The notes: generated by a model from the letters alone, not told the origin. A DNA stretch of 64,000 bases from Lishizhenia tianjinensis (GCF_900116425.1 NZ_FPAS01000001.1:978767-1042766); one strand, 5' to 3'. Counted from the first letter of the stretch, positions 46,252 through 56,741 are shown. A program made the numbers and translations.

Positions 46252-46656
46252 TTAGAAATTATTTTGAATCTCAAAAAACTTCATGGTATGTTGCTTTTCG
46301 GTTTTCACATTGAAAGAATATTTTCCGTCTGATACTGTAGTGGTATCAAAAGCAATAATATGCGGACCCGCCTTTTTCATTTCATTAAAAAACTCTTTAA
46401 CTAAATTTCCTTCCTTATCAAAAACTGAGAAATTAACGCTTTGATCCTCTTCCATGGTGAAATAAAATTCCACAACTCCTTTAGCTGGATTAACTTCTAG
46501 GGGATGCAAAATGATGAACGAAGATAAATCAGCTATATCTTTTTTCATATAGCGTAATACCAAACGGTAAACAATGATAAAAACCAAAACTCCGAAGGTG
46601 ATCCACAAACCTTTCACCGCCATGTTTTGGAGGTCTACTTTCATTAAATACATCAT
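46252..46656 (-). CDS. Hypothetical single-TM protein
   Basis: TM 'GLWITFGVLVFIIVY'. 4-bp overlap with the upstream gene. Confidence 0.4.
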   Translation of the reverse strand: MMYLMKVDLQNMAVKGLWITFGVLVFIIVYRLVLRYMKKDIADLSSFIILHPLEVNPAKGVVEFYFTMEEDQSVNFSVFDKEGNLVKEFFNEMKKAGPHIIAFDTTTVSDGKYSFNVKTEKQHTMKFFEIQNNF

Positions 46657-46919
46657 AGTGCTATTACTCCTTTAATCGTTGCTACTTTTTGATAAATATC
46701 TATGATGGAATCTACATCCAACATTAATTCCTTCACGCTTACAGATACATATTTTCCTGTACGTGAATTGTGATATTCTATTTCTGATTCTTCATTGAAA
46801 TGAGCGACAACTTTCGCCACCGTTTCATTGTCGTTTGGACAAACAAATTTAAAAAAGTAAACCGCTGGCCATTCTTGATCTTGCAACTTCTCTTTTAAAC
46901 CTTCAAATACGTCTTTCAT
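46653..46919 (-). CDS. DUF493 (YbeD-like) family protein
   Basis: 88 aa. 'WPAVYFFKFVCPNDNETVAKVV' fits the FPC-F-FKVIG motif of YbeD/UPF0250. Confidence 0.4.
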   Translation of the reverse strand: MKDVFEGLKEKLQDQEWPAVYFFKFVCPNDNETVAKVVAHFNEESEIEYHNSRTGKYVSVSVKELMLDVDSIIDIYQKVATIKGVIAL

Positions 46920-47494
46920 CCATTTAATTTAAGGAGCAAAGATAACCTTTTCATCTCATCTTTCAAGGCTTTGGGCAGTACTTCGAAGTCCTTTTTTAGT
47001 AAGCTAAACGACTTCTGCTCATTCTCATCCCATTGGCGAAGCGCACCGAGTAAAATCATAGGATCTGGTTCCTTTGAAACGATGGGAGTATCTAAATCTT
47101 CGGGATATTCAAAAAACCATTTTTGGGCATGTTCAAGTTCAAGCTCCAACCACTTTTCTATGACCTTTGAAATATCCTTCACCTGTTGACAGCGCAAAAC
47201 ATCCTGTTTGAACTGTCCCCTGTAACGAAACATTTGTTGAAAGCATTCTTGCACTACATCCGAAAAGGGAAATTCACCATAGCTTATTTCCTGCGCTTTA
47301 AAACTATCCCCTGTTATAGACTCAAAAGCTTCATACTGTTGTTGAATTTTCTTGAGTTTACTTCTGAACACTTTAGGTATGGCTGGTCGCGTTAAAAAGA
47401 ACTGCTTGTGTTCAAATAATATTTCTTCCCACTTATCGTGAGCATCCTCCTCTTCTTTTAAAGGAAAATAAATTTGAGCTTCTTTAAGATCCAC
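46916..47494 (-). CDS. Hypothetical protein
   Basis: GTG start per the ORF track. 4-bp overlaps with both neighbours suggest it is real. Confidence 0.35.
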   Translation of the reverse strand: MDLKEAQIYFPLKEEEDAHDKWEEILFEHKQFFLTRPAIPKVFRSKLKKIQQQYEAFESITGDSFKAQEISYGEFPFSDVVQECFQQMFRYRGQFKQDVLRCQQVKDISKVIEKWLELELEHAQKWFFEYPEDLDTPIVSKEPDPMILLGALRQWDENEQKSFSLLKKDFEVLPKALKDEMKRLSLLLKLNG

Positions 47495-48276
47495 TACTTT
47501 GATTTGTTTTTACGCATTTTCATGTTCAGGAATTCTACTGCTAAGGCAAAGACGATAGCAAAGTACAAGTATCCCTTTGGAACGGCACCTATATGTTGGT
47601 GGAAGACGATAGCATTCGAAAGGTGAGCCGATTCTACGATCAACATAAACCCGATGAGAATTAAAAAGGCTAATCCTAAGATTTGAAGTGAAGGGTGTTT
47701 GCTTACAAAGTTCCCAACTGGAGCTGCAAATAGCATCATTACCCCTACAGATAAAACAACGGCGATAATCATTAATACTAAGGCACCTTCTAATCCATTG
47801 GTCATACCTACCGCAGTAAGAATAGAATCGAAACTAAACACTACGTTAATTAAGGTTATTTGAGTAATTGCTTTCCCTAAAGACGATGACTTCTTCTTTT
47901 TAAGTTCGTGCTCTTCTTCACCTTTATGGTCTACTTTTTCATGAATTTCTTTGGTTGATTTATACAACAAGAACAATCCTCCGCCTAGAAGAACTACGGC
48001 TTGACCAGTTACATCTACATGAAGAAAAGACCAGTCTATGGTAAACCAAGCATCATTCATCATGATGAGATATTGTATACCAAAAAGTAGGGCGATACGC
48101 ATCACCATGGCCAAGAGTAAACCTATATTCGTTGCTCTTTTCTTTTCTTTCCCTTCCAAACCATCTGCGGCAATGGAGATAAAAATGATATTATCTATCC
48201 CTAAAACAATTTCTAGAAAAGTTAAACTCACAAGAGCAACAATTCCATCTAAACTAAAAATAGCGGCTAAATCCAT
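47494..48276 (-). CDS. TerC-family integral membrane protein
   Basis: 'LEIVLGIDNIIFISIAADGL' and 'ITLINVVFSFDSILTAVGMT' are the two TerC repeats. Confidence 0.75.
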   Translation of the reverse strand: MDLAAIFSLDGIVALVSLTFLEIVLGIDNIIFISIAADGLEGKEKKRATNIGLLLAMVMRIALLFGIQYLIMMNDAWFTIDWSFLHVDVTGQAVVLLGGGLFLLYKSTKEIHEKVDHKGEEEHELKKKKSSSLGKAITQITLINVVFSFDSILTAVGMTNGLEGALVLMIIAVVLSVGVMMLFAAPVGNFVSKHPSLQILGLAFLILIGFMLIVESAHLSNAIVFHQHIGAVPKGYLYFAIVFALAVEFLNMKMRKNKSK

Positions 48277-48288
48277 GTGTTGAGGCTT

Positions 48289-49377
48289 TTAATATTGAAG
48301 ACATGAGGCAATACCCGAGGTGTAGGCACGCTCTAATAAACCTTCTTCATTTTGAAATAGTAAATAAACTTCTAGGTTCAATTCTGGGTGGTTGGCAACA
48401 AACTCCATGGTTGCATCTTTCCCCATAACCATAAAGGCAGTAGCATAGGCATCCGCGCTTGCGCAGTCATCAGCCATAACCGTTGCACTTAATAAATTGT
48501 GTTTTACAGAATACCCCGTTTTTGGGTCTATCGTATGTGAATATTTACGCCCATCCACCACATAATATTTCCTGTAATTACCAGAGGTAGCCAAAGCTTT
48601 ATTATCAACCGCTATGGCATTTTCCAAGCTGCGTTTATTTAATCCATCATTATTTTCTAGCGGAACATCTATACCTATAAACCAAGGTTTACCTTCGTTG
48701 TTTACTCCTTTTGTTTTAAGTTCTCCTCCTATTTCAATAAAGTAATTGGTTTGACCTTTGGCATCTAAGAAATCGGCCACCACATCTACTGAATAGCCTT
48801 GTGCAATTGCATTGAAGTCAAAACAAAAACGCGTATCTTTTTTCAACAAACTATCTCCCGTAAAACGATACAGTTTATTCGGTTCAAAAGAAATGAATTG
48901 TAAACAACTGTCCACTTCTTGTTGACTCAAAACTAAATTCGAATCCTTGAAAAACCCCCAAGCTTTTACCATTGGAAAAACCGAAGGGTCGAAAGCACCA
49001 TTCGTGGTTTTAAACACCTCCAGGCTCTTATTAAAACAATGTGTAAAGTAGGCATTTTCGGGTATCTTCATTCCCTTTGATGAAGCATTCACTTTAGATA
49101 TTAAAGATTCTTCCATGTAGCCTGAAAGCTCCGCATCAAAACCTGTAAAAAGACTTTCAATTTCATAGGTTGATAAAAGCAGACTATCATCACTGGTTTT
49201 AATTTGAAAGGTTGAACCTTGCGTATACCCTTGAATTTCTTGTATACTAACCTGCGTAGAAAAGGAATTGTCTTTCGTATTCAATATTGACTTCTCTTCC
49301 TTGGATGAGGAAGAACAAGATGATACTAGAACTAGCGCGAAAGCCAGTATACTAGAAGTGTTTAACCAGTTTACCAT
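48289..49377 (-). CDS. ApbE-family FAD:protein FMN transferase (lipoprotein)
   Basis: Lipobox 'LVSSCSS'. 'NGAFDPSV', 'AQGYSVDVVADFL', 'FIEIGGEL' and 'ATSGNYRKYYVVDGRKYSHTIDPKTG' are ApbE blocks. Confidence 0.75.
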   Translation of the reverse strand: MVNWLNTSSILAFALVLVSSCSSSSKEEKSILNTKDNSFSTQVSIQEIQGYTQGSTFQIKTSDDSLLLSTYEIESLFTGFDAELSGYMEESLISKVNASSKGMKIPENAYFTHCFNKSLEVFKTTNGAFDPSVFPMVKAWGFFKDSNLVLSQQEVDSCLQFISFEPNKLYRFTGDSLLKKDTRFCFDFNAIAQGYSVDVVADFLDAKGQTNYFIEIGGELKTKGVNNEGKPWFIGIDVPLENNDGLNKRSLENAIAVDNKALATSGNYRKYYVVDGRKYSHTIDPKTGYSVKHNLLSATVMADDCASADAYATAFMVMGKDATMEFVANHPELNLEVYLLFQNEEGLLERAYTSGIASCLQY

Positions 49378-52300
49378 TGTCTGTTTCTTTATCCCAAACT
49401 ATACTCGTGATTTGTGCACCATTTTTAGAATATGAAGTTCCATAGGTAGTTTGAATTCTCATGTAAACATCTCCTCTTCCGTTTTGCACAACTATTCTTC
49501 GAGTAACAATTTTAACTGGTAAACCTTCACTATCTCTACGAACGAATGATTGTTGTGTAACACCTTCAGGGAACTCCTCACCCAAGGCGTTGGCCACGGT
49601 TTCGTTAAACTTCGCTGAGTTGTTTTCTAAACCATCTAAATATGTCTGTGCCGATTGAGTACTTGACTTCGCGGCATCCGAACGTTCTTTAGATGCATTA
49701 GCTGTCATATCCACCGCCTGTGTTACTTCGTCATTTATTCTGTTTGCATTTTCATTTTGCTTGGCACTGTTTAATTCGCTTTGATTATTCTGAGCCTCTA
49801 ATTTCTGAGTAGTTTGAGCTTCAGCACGCTTATCCTCTTCCATTTTTAAAGCGTTAGCTCTTTCCACAGCATCTTCTTTATCCTCCACCAATTGTTGTTT
49901 TCCTTGGTGCAGCGCCTCTTGTTCTTTCGCCTTATCTACAACTGCATTTTTGGTACCTTCTATGAACCTTTCAGTATTCAACTCTTCTTGCTTTTCGTTT
50001 TTTACATCCACACCTTGTTTTTGTGCCAAAGCCTCTTTTTGTTGATCTACCTCACTGATAACTTCTTGACGCAAGAGCTCACCTTCTCTATCCTTTTCTG
50101 CCTTTTGTTCCTGAGCATTTTCTGCCAGAGTATTCGTTCTTTCCAGTACTTGATTTTGTGCAGCCGCTTCTTTTTCACTTTCCGCTTGTGCGATACGTGC
50201 TTGTTCCTCTGCAACTAAAGCTTTCGCGTCTAAAATAGCCTGTTGATCTACAGAGTTTTCGTATTGCGTAAGCTCTTGTTCATTTACCTTCTCTAACAAT
50301 TTCTGAGCAGCAATTACCTCTGCTTGCGCATCTCCATTCTCTGCCTGATCAGCCAATTCATCTTGGATAAAATCATACGTGATTTGCGTTCTATCCTCAT
50401 ATTGGGCTTGCTCCATGGCCGCTTGAGACTTCGCCAATTCTGCCTCTTTTTCGAATTGAAGCGTTAAATCCTGTAAGTCTTTTTCTTTTGCTTTAGCAGC
50501 TTCTGAGACTTCAGTTTTCGTAGCATCTATGTCTTCTTGTGTTCTTAAATTTTCTGCATCCGCAAATACCTTTTCTTGAGCCTGTTTATTTTGGATGTCC
50601 TCCTCGCGTTGCTTAACCAATTCTATTCCCTCTTGTCTTCGCTGCTCCGCTTGATCTGCATCCTCCTTTAAATCTTCTTGCAAGGCTTCTGCTTCCTCTA
50701 AAGTTTGTTGTCTTTCTTCAGCATCTTTTGTCGCAAGTTCATTTGGTAAAGCTTCTGTTTTCTCCACCTCAGCACTTAATTCATTCCTTCTGTTTTGCTC
50801 TCTTTGTCTTTCGGCTTCCAATAAAAGTCTAGCCCCTTCTTCTATGGAGATATCCTCTTCCTTTCCTAAACTTTCCAAGGAACCAGAATTTTCTACAACA
50901 GGGTTGAGTTTGGCTTCAATGGCTTCCAATTGTTTTTTAGGGTAACCATCTCTTGGATTCAATGAATTCGCTCGAGTGTATAATTCTCTTGCTTTCTCCC
51001 AATTCTCTTGTTTGAAATAGTTATCGGCTGTTGAAATCAATTTTCGGTAATTTGCCTCTTTCTCTTCAGCTACTTGATCTCTGAGTGTGTTCTCAATTTC
51101 ATCTACCCTTCCCTGCGCGTAACGGTCACCTTTTTTTACCGTCAACGCTTCTTGGTACTTTAATTTAGCATCAGATAAATTTCCTTCATTATACAAAGCA
51201 TCAGCCTTACCTATTGCCTTTTTGTATTTTTCAGTCAGCTCCTTATTTGCCAACTCTTTTGCCGCTTGATTGTCAATAATTTGCTGCGCTTCTGCGATTC
51301 TATCCTTTGCCTTTTGGTTTTCAGGATCAAGGTTTAAAACCTCCCTATAAAGATTAATTGCGCGCTCAAATTCCTTGTTCTTGAAAGCTACATCTGCATT
51401 ATTAATAGCACTGTTCAGGGCTTTTTGTTCTGCATCAGAAGCTTGGGCCAAGATTGCTGCTTTAGCCTTTTCTATTTGACTTTTAGCGTAAGCATCTTCC
51501 TTAATCGTTAACGCTTCTTGGTAGGCATCTACACTCGCCTCATACTCTTTGTTATCGAATAATGCGTTGGCTTTATCCATTGCATTTTGAAAGGCTTTCT
51601 GTGTTTCCGCAGCCGCTTGCTCGTTTTCTTTCGCTTTAATTAAAGCATTAACATTTTCTATTTGTTGCTTTGGATATTCTTGGGTAGCATCTAGGGCACT
51701 TGCCTCTTCGTACAAGGTTATCGCTTGCTGATAATTCTCGCTGTTTTTAGCATTATCAGCCTCCATAATTTTTGTCTGGTAAGCCACTTTTTGCTCCTCT
51801 AAAGATTCTGCATTTTTACGCGCCTTCAAGATATCATTAATGGCCTTTATCTCCGCTTTTGGCTCAGCAGCATTGGGTTTCAATTCTTGCGCTTCTCCGT
51901 AAAGCATGAGCGCCAAATCAAATTGTTCTTTGTCTCTGGCTTTATTTGCTGCTGTAAATTTCTCTTGGTATTTCTTTTCAATTTCTGCAGCCCCTTTTTC
52001 CGCCTCCAATGCAGCAATTTTAGCCTTTAATTTATTGATTTCCTCCTGAGGGTAATTATCCGATCCATTTAATTCTTTGGCAGTAGTATAAGCATCGATC
52101 GCTTTTTGAAAGCTTCCCTCATCTCTTAATTTATCGGCTTTTGCCAAAGCTTCTTGGTAAGCTTCCTGCGCCTCTTTTTCAGCATCATTCTGCTCGGTCA
52201 ACATCTTGTTGATGGCATCAATTTCCTTTTGAGCAGATTTATCTTCCGGTAAAATAGCTTGCGCTTCTTGGAATTTAGAAATGGCCATTTGATAATCTCC

Positions 52301-55258
52301 ACTCTCTTTGGCAGTTATCCCTTCCTGGAATTTTGCGTTGAACTTCTCTTGCTGAGCCGCATTCGCATTTTGAGCTTCGATAGCAGCAATTTCTTGTTGA
52401 CTCTTCTCTATTTGCTCTTTCGGATACTTTTCATCTGACTTTATTTCTTGCGCAGCACTATACAAAGTAATTGCCTCTTGGTATTCCTTTGCTTTAAAGG
52501 CTTCATCCGCCTGTTTAATTTTACTCGCATACGCCTCATCAGTTGCTGCTTGTTGCGCTGCCGCATCTTGGTTGGCCAACAATGCTGTAATCTCATTTAC
52601 CTGATTTTGGGGCTCTGTTTCATCTCCCTTTAAAGCAATAGCCTCCTTAAATAAATCTATGGCTGTTTGGTATTGTTCATTTTCTTTTGCGGCATAAGCC
52701 TCTTTCATTTTCGCCTCATAGTTTGCTTGCAACTCGACGGCTTCTTGGGCTCTGCTTGCTTCCTGCTCTAACTCAGTTATTTTTGTTAACTGTTCATCAG
52801 GATAGCTTTCATCTGACTTAATTGCTTTTGCCTCCTTGTACAAAGCCTTCGCTTTTTCGTAGTCTTTTTGTGCTAATACAGCATCTGCTTCTGTTATTTT
52901 TGCATCATAGGCCGCTTTAACAGCTGCTGCATCTTTATCTTTCTGCTGAGCTTCTAACAAAGCATTGATAGCCTCTATTTCCTGTTGAGGAAGCGTTTCA
53001 GTTGGTTTTAATTCTTGCGCTTCCTTAAACAAGATCAACGCTAAATCATACTGTTCTTTATCCTTGGCTGTGCTAGCCGCCGTAATTTTCTCTTGGTAAC
53101 TCGCATCAATTTTTGCCTGATCTGCAGCAGCGGCCAACTCTTTCTTTTTCGCTTCTATTTTAGCGATTTCGTCTATTGGATAAGTCTCTGACGGTTTCAT
53201 TGTCTTTGCCTCTGTGTACAAAGCAAGGGCTTCATCCAACTTTTCATTATCTCTTGCCTGATCTGCCGCTTGAATTTTATCCTGATAAGCTTTCTCTGCA
53301 GCCTCCTGCTCTTGTTGTGCTTTCAAAGCAGAACTTGCTTCTTCAACTTTCGATTTTGCTTCCTCGTCTGTTCCATCTATAGCCAGAACCTGGTTGTATT
53401 TATCTATAGCTACTTGGTATTTCTTATTCGTAAGAGCGGTTTGTCCTTCAGATTTCAACGCAGCGATTTGCTCCGCTTGAGCAGCAGCATTTTCCTGAGC
53501 TTTTAAAGCAGCTTGCGCTTCTTCTTTTTTTGTTTTCGCTTCTTCATTGGCTGCGTCTAAATTCAATACATTATCAAAATCAGCGATAGCTTCATTATAT
53601 TTTTTAGCACCTAATTTTTCATTACCCGACTTCAACAAACTTTGAATTTGCGCTTCTTTTTCCGCTTCGGCACTTGCTTGAGCTATTAAAGCATCCACAG
53701 CTGCAATTTTTTGATCAGCTAAAGGATCGGCCTTTACTTCTTTAGCAGCTACATATTTAGCCTTTGCTTCGGCCAATTTATTTTCGGATTGAAGATTTTC
53801 CCCTTCCGCTATGAGGGCAGCAAAGTTTTCATCAATTTCTTTCTGTTTTGCAGCTTCTTCCGCCGCTTTTTTCATTTCTTCGATCTCGACGATTTTAGCT
53901 TTGGCGTATTCATCCTCAGCCTTTATACCCAATGCTTCCTGGTATTTGGCCGTTGCCGCATCCAACTCCTTTTTCCCAAGGGCTGCATCTGCTTCTGCTA
54001 TTAGCTTTTTATACGCTTCTTCTTTCGCTTTTGCTTCTTCTAGTTCCTTAAGAATAGTGTCAATTTCCTTCAACCTAGAATTAGCATGGGTATCATTATC
54101 TATTAAAGTAAGGGCTTCCTGGTATTTTGCTTTAGCCTCCAACCAAGACTTATCAACAAACAACTTATCAGCAGCCGCAATAACCGTTTCGTATTTTTGC
54201 TTGTTTAATAGGGCTTGCTTTTGTGCTTCAACATCCGCCATTAAGGCTTTCATTTGATCTTTAGGATATTGTTGTGACGGATCTAATAAACTTGCTTCTT
54301 GGTATTTTTCGAGCGCGGCTTTGGAAGAGTTTTGCTTCAGGTACATGTCGGCTAATTTTATAGCTTCATCGTACAAGCGTTTGTTTTCCGCCTTCTTTTT
54401 GAGGTCGTAAATTTTATCGATTTGATTTTGCGCGTAATCATCTCCCGGTTTTAACTCAGAAGCTTCATAGTACTTGTCGATAGCATTATCATACTCTCCT
54501 TTATCTAATAAATTTTGAGCCGCAGTAATTAGATTATTGTAGGCTGCATTGGATTGCTCCTCTTCTAATTTCTTACGACGCATAGCTGCCAACAAATCTT
54601 CTATGGTTACTATTCTTTCGTTAGGATGAGCCTCTTCCGGTTTAATAGAAATAGCTTCTTCGTATTTCACCAAGGCCTCTTCATACCTTTCTTCATCGTA
54701 CAGTTTATCACCTTGTGCTATTAATGTAGAATATTTTGCCTCGTCGTCTTTTGCTTTTGCTTCCGCTTGATTTAAAAGGTCATCAATTTTCTTTTTAACT
54801 TGACTTGCTTTTTTCGTATTATACTTTAGTTGATATAATCCACGATCATAATGGAACTCTGCAACGGGTTGACTTTTTAGAAATGAAAAATCTACATTTG
54901 ACTTTTCTTTAAAAATTTCAATAGGAACTTTAGTATCTGGAATTCTATTACCCGCTTGTACATCTTCAGGATCGATACCTGTTAAATCTATTTGAATACT
55001 TTTGGAAACATATCCGGCTTTGGAATACTCAATTTTGTAAACTTTACCTGCTAAAATCTCACATTCATACTTTCCATTAGAAGCTGTTGTATATGAACCA
55101 ACCGAACTTCCTCCAACGTAAAGTGTGACTTTCGCACCTCCAAGGTTTTTACCTGTTTCAAAGTCAGAAACAGAACCAACAATAAACACAGAAATTTCCC
55201 CTTGCCCGAAAGCAAGAACACCCATGAATATGGTCAATAAGGCAAAAATTAATTTCAT
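49352..55258 (-). CDS. Giant (1968 aa) secreted protein: N-terminal CarboxypepD_reg-like beta-sandwich, about 35 TPR-like repeats, Ala/Gln/Glu-rich coiled-coil C-terminal region
   Basis: Signal peptide 'MKLIFALLTIFMGVLAFGQ'. 'VTLYVGGSSVGSYTTASNGKYECEIL' is CarboxypepD_reg-like. There are dozens of about 34-aa repeats ending '..YPxxQIxxI' (e.g. 'EAKAKYQEALTLIDNDTHANSRLKEI'). It overlaps apbE by 26 bp. Confidence 0.7.
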   Translation of the reverse strand: MKLIFALLTIFMGVLAFGQGEISVFIVGSVSDFETGKNLGGAKVTLYVGGSSVGSYTTASNGKYECEILAGKVYKIEYSKAGYVSKSIQIDLTGIDPEDVQAGNRIPDTKVPIEIFKEKSNVDFSFLKSQPVAEFHYDRGLYQLKYNTKKASQVKKKIDDLLNQAEAKAKDDEAKYSTLIAQGDKLYDEERYEEALVKYEEAISIKPEEAHPNERIVTIEDLLAAMRRKKLEEEQSNAAYNNLITAAQNLLDKGEYDNAIDKYYEASELKPGDDYAQNQIDKIYDLKKKAENKRLYDEAIKLADMYLKQNSSKAALEKYQEASLLDPSQQYPKDQMKALMADVEAQKQALLNKQKYETVIAAADKLFVDKSWLEAKAKYQEALTLIDNDTHANSRLKEIDTILKELEEAKAKEEAYKKLIAEADAALGKKELDAATAKYQEALGIKAEDEYAKAKIVEIEEMKKAAEEAAKQKEIDENFAALIAEGENLQSENKLAEAKAKYVAAKEVKADPLADQKIAAVDALIAQASAEAEKEAQIQSLLKSGNEKLGAKKYNEAIADFDNVLNLDAANEEAKTKKEEAQAALKAQENAAAQAEQIAALKSEGQTALTNKKYQVAIDKYNQVLAIDGTDEEAKSKVEEASSALKAQQEQEAAEKAYQDKIQAADQARDNEKLDEALALYTEAKTMKPSETYPIDEIAKIEAKKKELAAAADQAKIDASYQEKITAASTAKDKEQYDLALILFKEAQELKPTETLPQQEIEAINALLEAQQKDKDAAAVKAAYDAKITEADAVLAQKDYEKAKALYKEAKAIKSDESYPDEQLTKITELEQEASRAQEAVELQANYEAKMKEAYAAKENEQYQTAIDLFKEAIALKGDETEPQNQVNEITALLANQDAAAQQAATDEAYASKIKQADEAFKAKEYQEAITLYSAAQEIKSDEKYPKEQIEKSQQEIAAIEAQNANAAQQEKFNAKFQEGITAKESGDYQMAISKFQEAQAILPEDKSAQKEIDAINKMLTEQNDAEKEAQEAYQEALAKADKLRDEGSFQKAIDAYTTAKELNGSDNYPQEEINKLKAKIAALEAEKGAAEIEKKYQEKFTAANKARDKEQFDLALMLYGEAQELKPNAAEPKAEIKAINDILKARKNAESLEEQKVAYQTKIMEADNAKNSENYQQAITLYEEASALDATQEYPKQQIENVNALIKAKENEQAAAETQKAFQNAMDKANALFDNKEYEASVDAYQEALTIKEDAYAKSQIEKAKAAILAQASDAEQKALNSAINNADVAFKNKEFERAINLYREVLNLDPENQKAKDRIAEAQQIIDNQAAKELANKELTEKYKKAIGKADALYNEGNLSDAKLKYQEALTVKKGDRYAQGRVDEIENTLRDQVAEEKEANYRKLISTADNYFKQENWEKARELYTRANSLNPRDGYPKKQLEAIEAKLNPVVENSGSLESLGKEEDISIEEGARLLLEAERQREQNRRNELSAEVEKTEALPNELATKDAEERQQTLEEAEALQEDLKEDADQAEQRRQEGIELVKQREEDIQNKQAQEKVFADAENLRTQEDIDATKTEVSEAAKAKEKDLQDLTLQFEKEAELAKSQAAMEQAQYEDRTQITYDFIQDELADQAENGDAQAEVIAAQKLLEKVNEQELTQYENSVDQQAILDAKALVAEEQARIAQAESEKEAAAQNQVLERTNTLAENAQEQKAEKDREGELLRQEVISEVDQQKEALAQKQGVDVKNEKQEELNTERFIEGTKNAVVDKAKEQEALHQGKQQLVEDKEDAVERANALKMEEDKRAEAQTTQKLEAQNNQSELNSAKQNENANRINDEVTQAVDMTANASKERSDAAKSSTQSAQTYLDGLENNSAKFNETVANALGEEFPEGVTQQSFVRRDSEGLPVKIVTRRIVVQNGRGDVYMRIQTTYGTSYSKNGAQITSIVWDKETDNGKLVKHF

Positions 55259-55502
55259 ATATATACTGGTAGAACGAAAAAATGTACAGCCTGTTACACT
55301 AAACGTTCACTTTATTTTTCAAAACCAACAAATATCGTCAAAATAAGTATAAAATGCAGATGACATACAAAATAATACGCTTTTCTACACTTAATATATG
55401 AAATGACCAATTTCGATGATTAATCGTTGATAATTTTCCCTCCGAAAGTAAAAATTTAATCACAAAAATGAAGGAAGTCGCACAAAGAATTCAAAGTAAA
55501 TT

Positions 55503-55510
55503 TATATTTG
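55503..55510 (+). promoter_or_regulatory. Candidate Bacteroidetes -7 promoter element (TAnnTTTG) for the pyrR-like gene
   Basis: 'TATATTTG' ends 18 nt upstream of the ATG at 55529. Confidence 0.25.
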
Positions 55511-55528
55511 TAACCTAAAGCAAGATAT

Positions 55529-56026
55529 ATGGAAACACTGGTTTTATCTCACACTCAAATTGAACAAAAGATCAATAGAATTGCGCACCAAATATTGGAA
55601 AACCATTTCGAGGAAGAGACCATTTATCTTGCAGGTATTGAAGGTCAAGGTGCGCGTATAGCTGAAAAAATCCTTGCTGTACTTCAAAACAACAGCGATC
55701 AAAAGTTTGAATACTTCAAATTAAGCTTAAACAAAGATTACCCTTTCGATCACAAGGTAGAAAGTACACTTGCCATGGAAAACATCAATGATGCTTGCGT
55801 GATCTTGATTGATGATGTGGTAAACTCTGGTAAAACGATGCAATATGCCTTGGTTAAATTATTAGAACAACCTACCAAGACTATTAAAACCGTTGCATTA
55901 GTAGACAGAAGGCATAGACGTTACCCAATTAAATGTGATTTTGTGGGGTTGACACTTTCTACTACTTTACAAGAACGTGTGGAAGTAAGAGATGAGCAAG
56001 GTGAATTGAACGCTTACTTGGTTTAA
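55529..56026 (+). CDS. pyrR: PyrR-like phosphoribosyltransferase (pyrimidine operon regulator / UPRTase family)
   Basis: 'RIAHQILENH', 'VILIDDVVNSGKTM' and 'VALVDRRHRRYPIKCDFVG' align with B. subtilis PyrR blocks. Confidence 0.6.
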   Translation: METLVLSHTQIEQKINRIAHQILENHFEEETIYLAGIEGQGARIAEKILAVLQNNSDQKFEYFKLSLNKDYPFDHKVESTLAMENINDACVILIDDVVNSGKTMQYALVKLLEQPTKTIKTVALVDRRHRRYPIKCDFVGLTLSTTLQERVEVRDEQGELNAYLV

Positions 56027-56547
56027 GCCTCCTCTAGTATTTTAAGTATTGTATTTACCTCTTGTTGCGTTCTGTCTAGAACGAAATGCGCTTGCTTGTA
56101 AACAGGCTCTCTAATTTCTAAGGTATTTTCTATATAGGACAGTAATTCATCTTCCTTGAGTTTTTTCACCAAAGGTCTTTGCTCTTTTGCATTGACCAAA
56201 CGATTGAACAACTCCTTAGCTGGACGTTGTAGATATATGGTCACTCCTAAAGCATTGAGCTTATCAGAAAGTCCATTATAAATAGGCAACCCTCCTCCAA
56301 CAGAAATCACCTTTGACTCTGACTTGCCTTTTTCCTTCAAAAGCTCATCTATTAAATTCAACTCAAGATTTCTAAAGTACCCTTCTCCCTGCTGCTCGAA
56401 AATAACTGAGATGGTTTTGCCTTCTCTTTGTTCAATGATTTCATCCGTATCTACGAAATCAAGTTCTAATTTTCGCGCCAATTTCTTTCCCAGGGAAGTT
56501 TTACCTACCCCCATAAATCCGATAAGAATTACGTTTTGTTCTACCAT
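56023..56547 (-). CDS. aroK: Shikimate kinase
   Basis: 'ILIGFMGVGKTSLGKKLARKL..FVDTD' is the P-loop plus the shikimate-kinase N-terminus. 174 aa. Confidence 0.85.
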   Translation of the reverse strand: MVEQNVILIGFMGVGKTSLGKKLARKLELDFVDTDEIIEQREGKTISVIFEQQGEGYFRNLELNLIDELLKEKGKSESKVISVGGGLPIYNGLSDKLNALGVTIYLQRPAKELFNRLVNAKEQRPLVKKLKEDELLSYIENTLEIREPVYKQAHFVLDRTQQEVNTILKILEEA

Positions 56548-56741
56548 TGCGGCGTAAATTTAAAATTATTTCACTTTCCTAGCAGCTCATTTTCAAGGCA
56601 TTCAAAAATGATTTAAAAAAAGTTCCAAAAAAAGTTCAATTCGCCCTTGTTTAAAGGAAAAAACTCTCTATATTTGCACCCGCAATCACAACACAAAAAC
56701 ACTACACCAAACGCGGTTAGTGAGATTGCAAAAAGACTTAA

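Noticed and set aside
49892-54257. Antisense ORFs (49892-50218, 52448-52633, 53176-53506, 53789-54257) inside the TPR giant gene, and the question whether the periodic DNA repeats are a CRISPR array
   Set aside because: The repeats are in-frame coding TPR units of ~102 bp with no spacer/repeat alternation and no cas genes. The antisense ORFs translate to Phe/Leu/Cys/Ser-rich junk typical of the reverse strand of Ala/Glu/Lys-rich genes.
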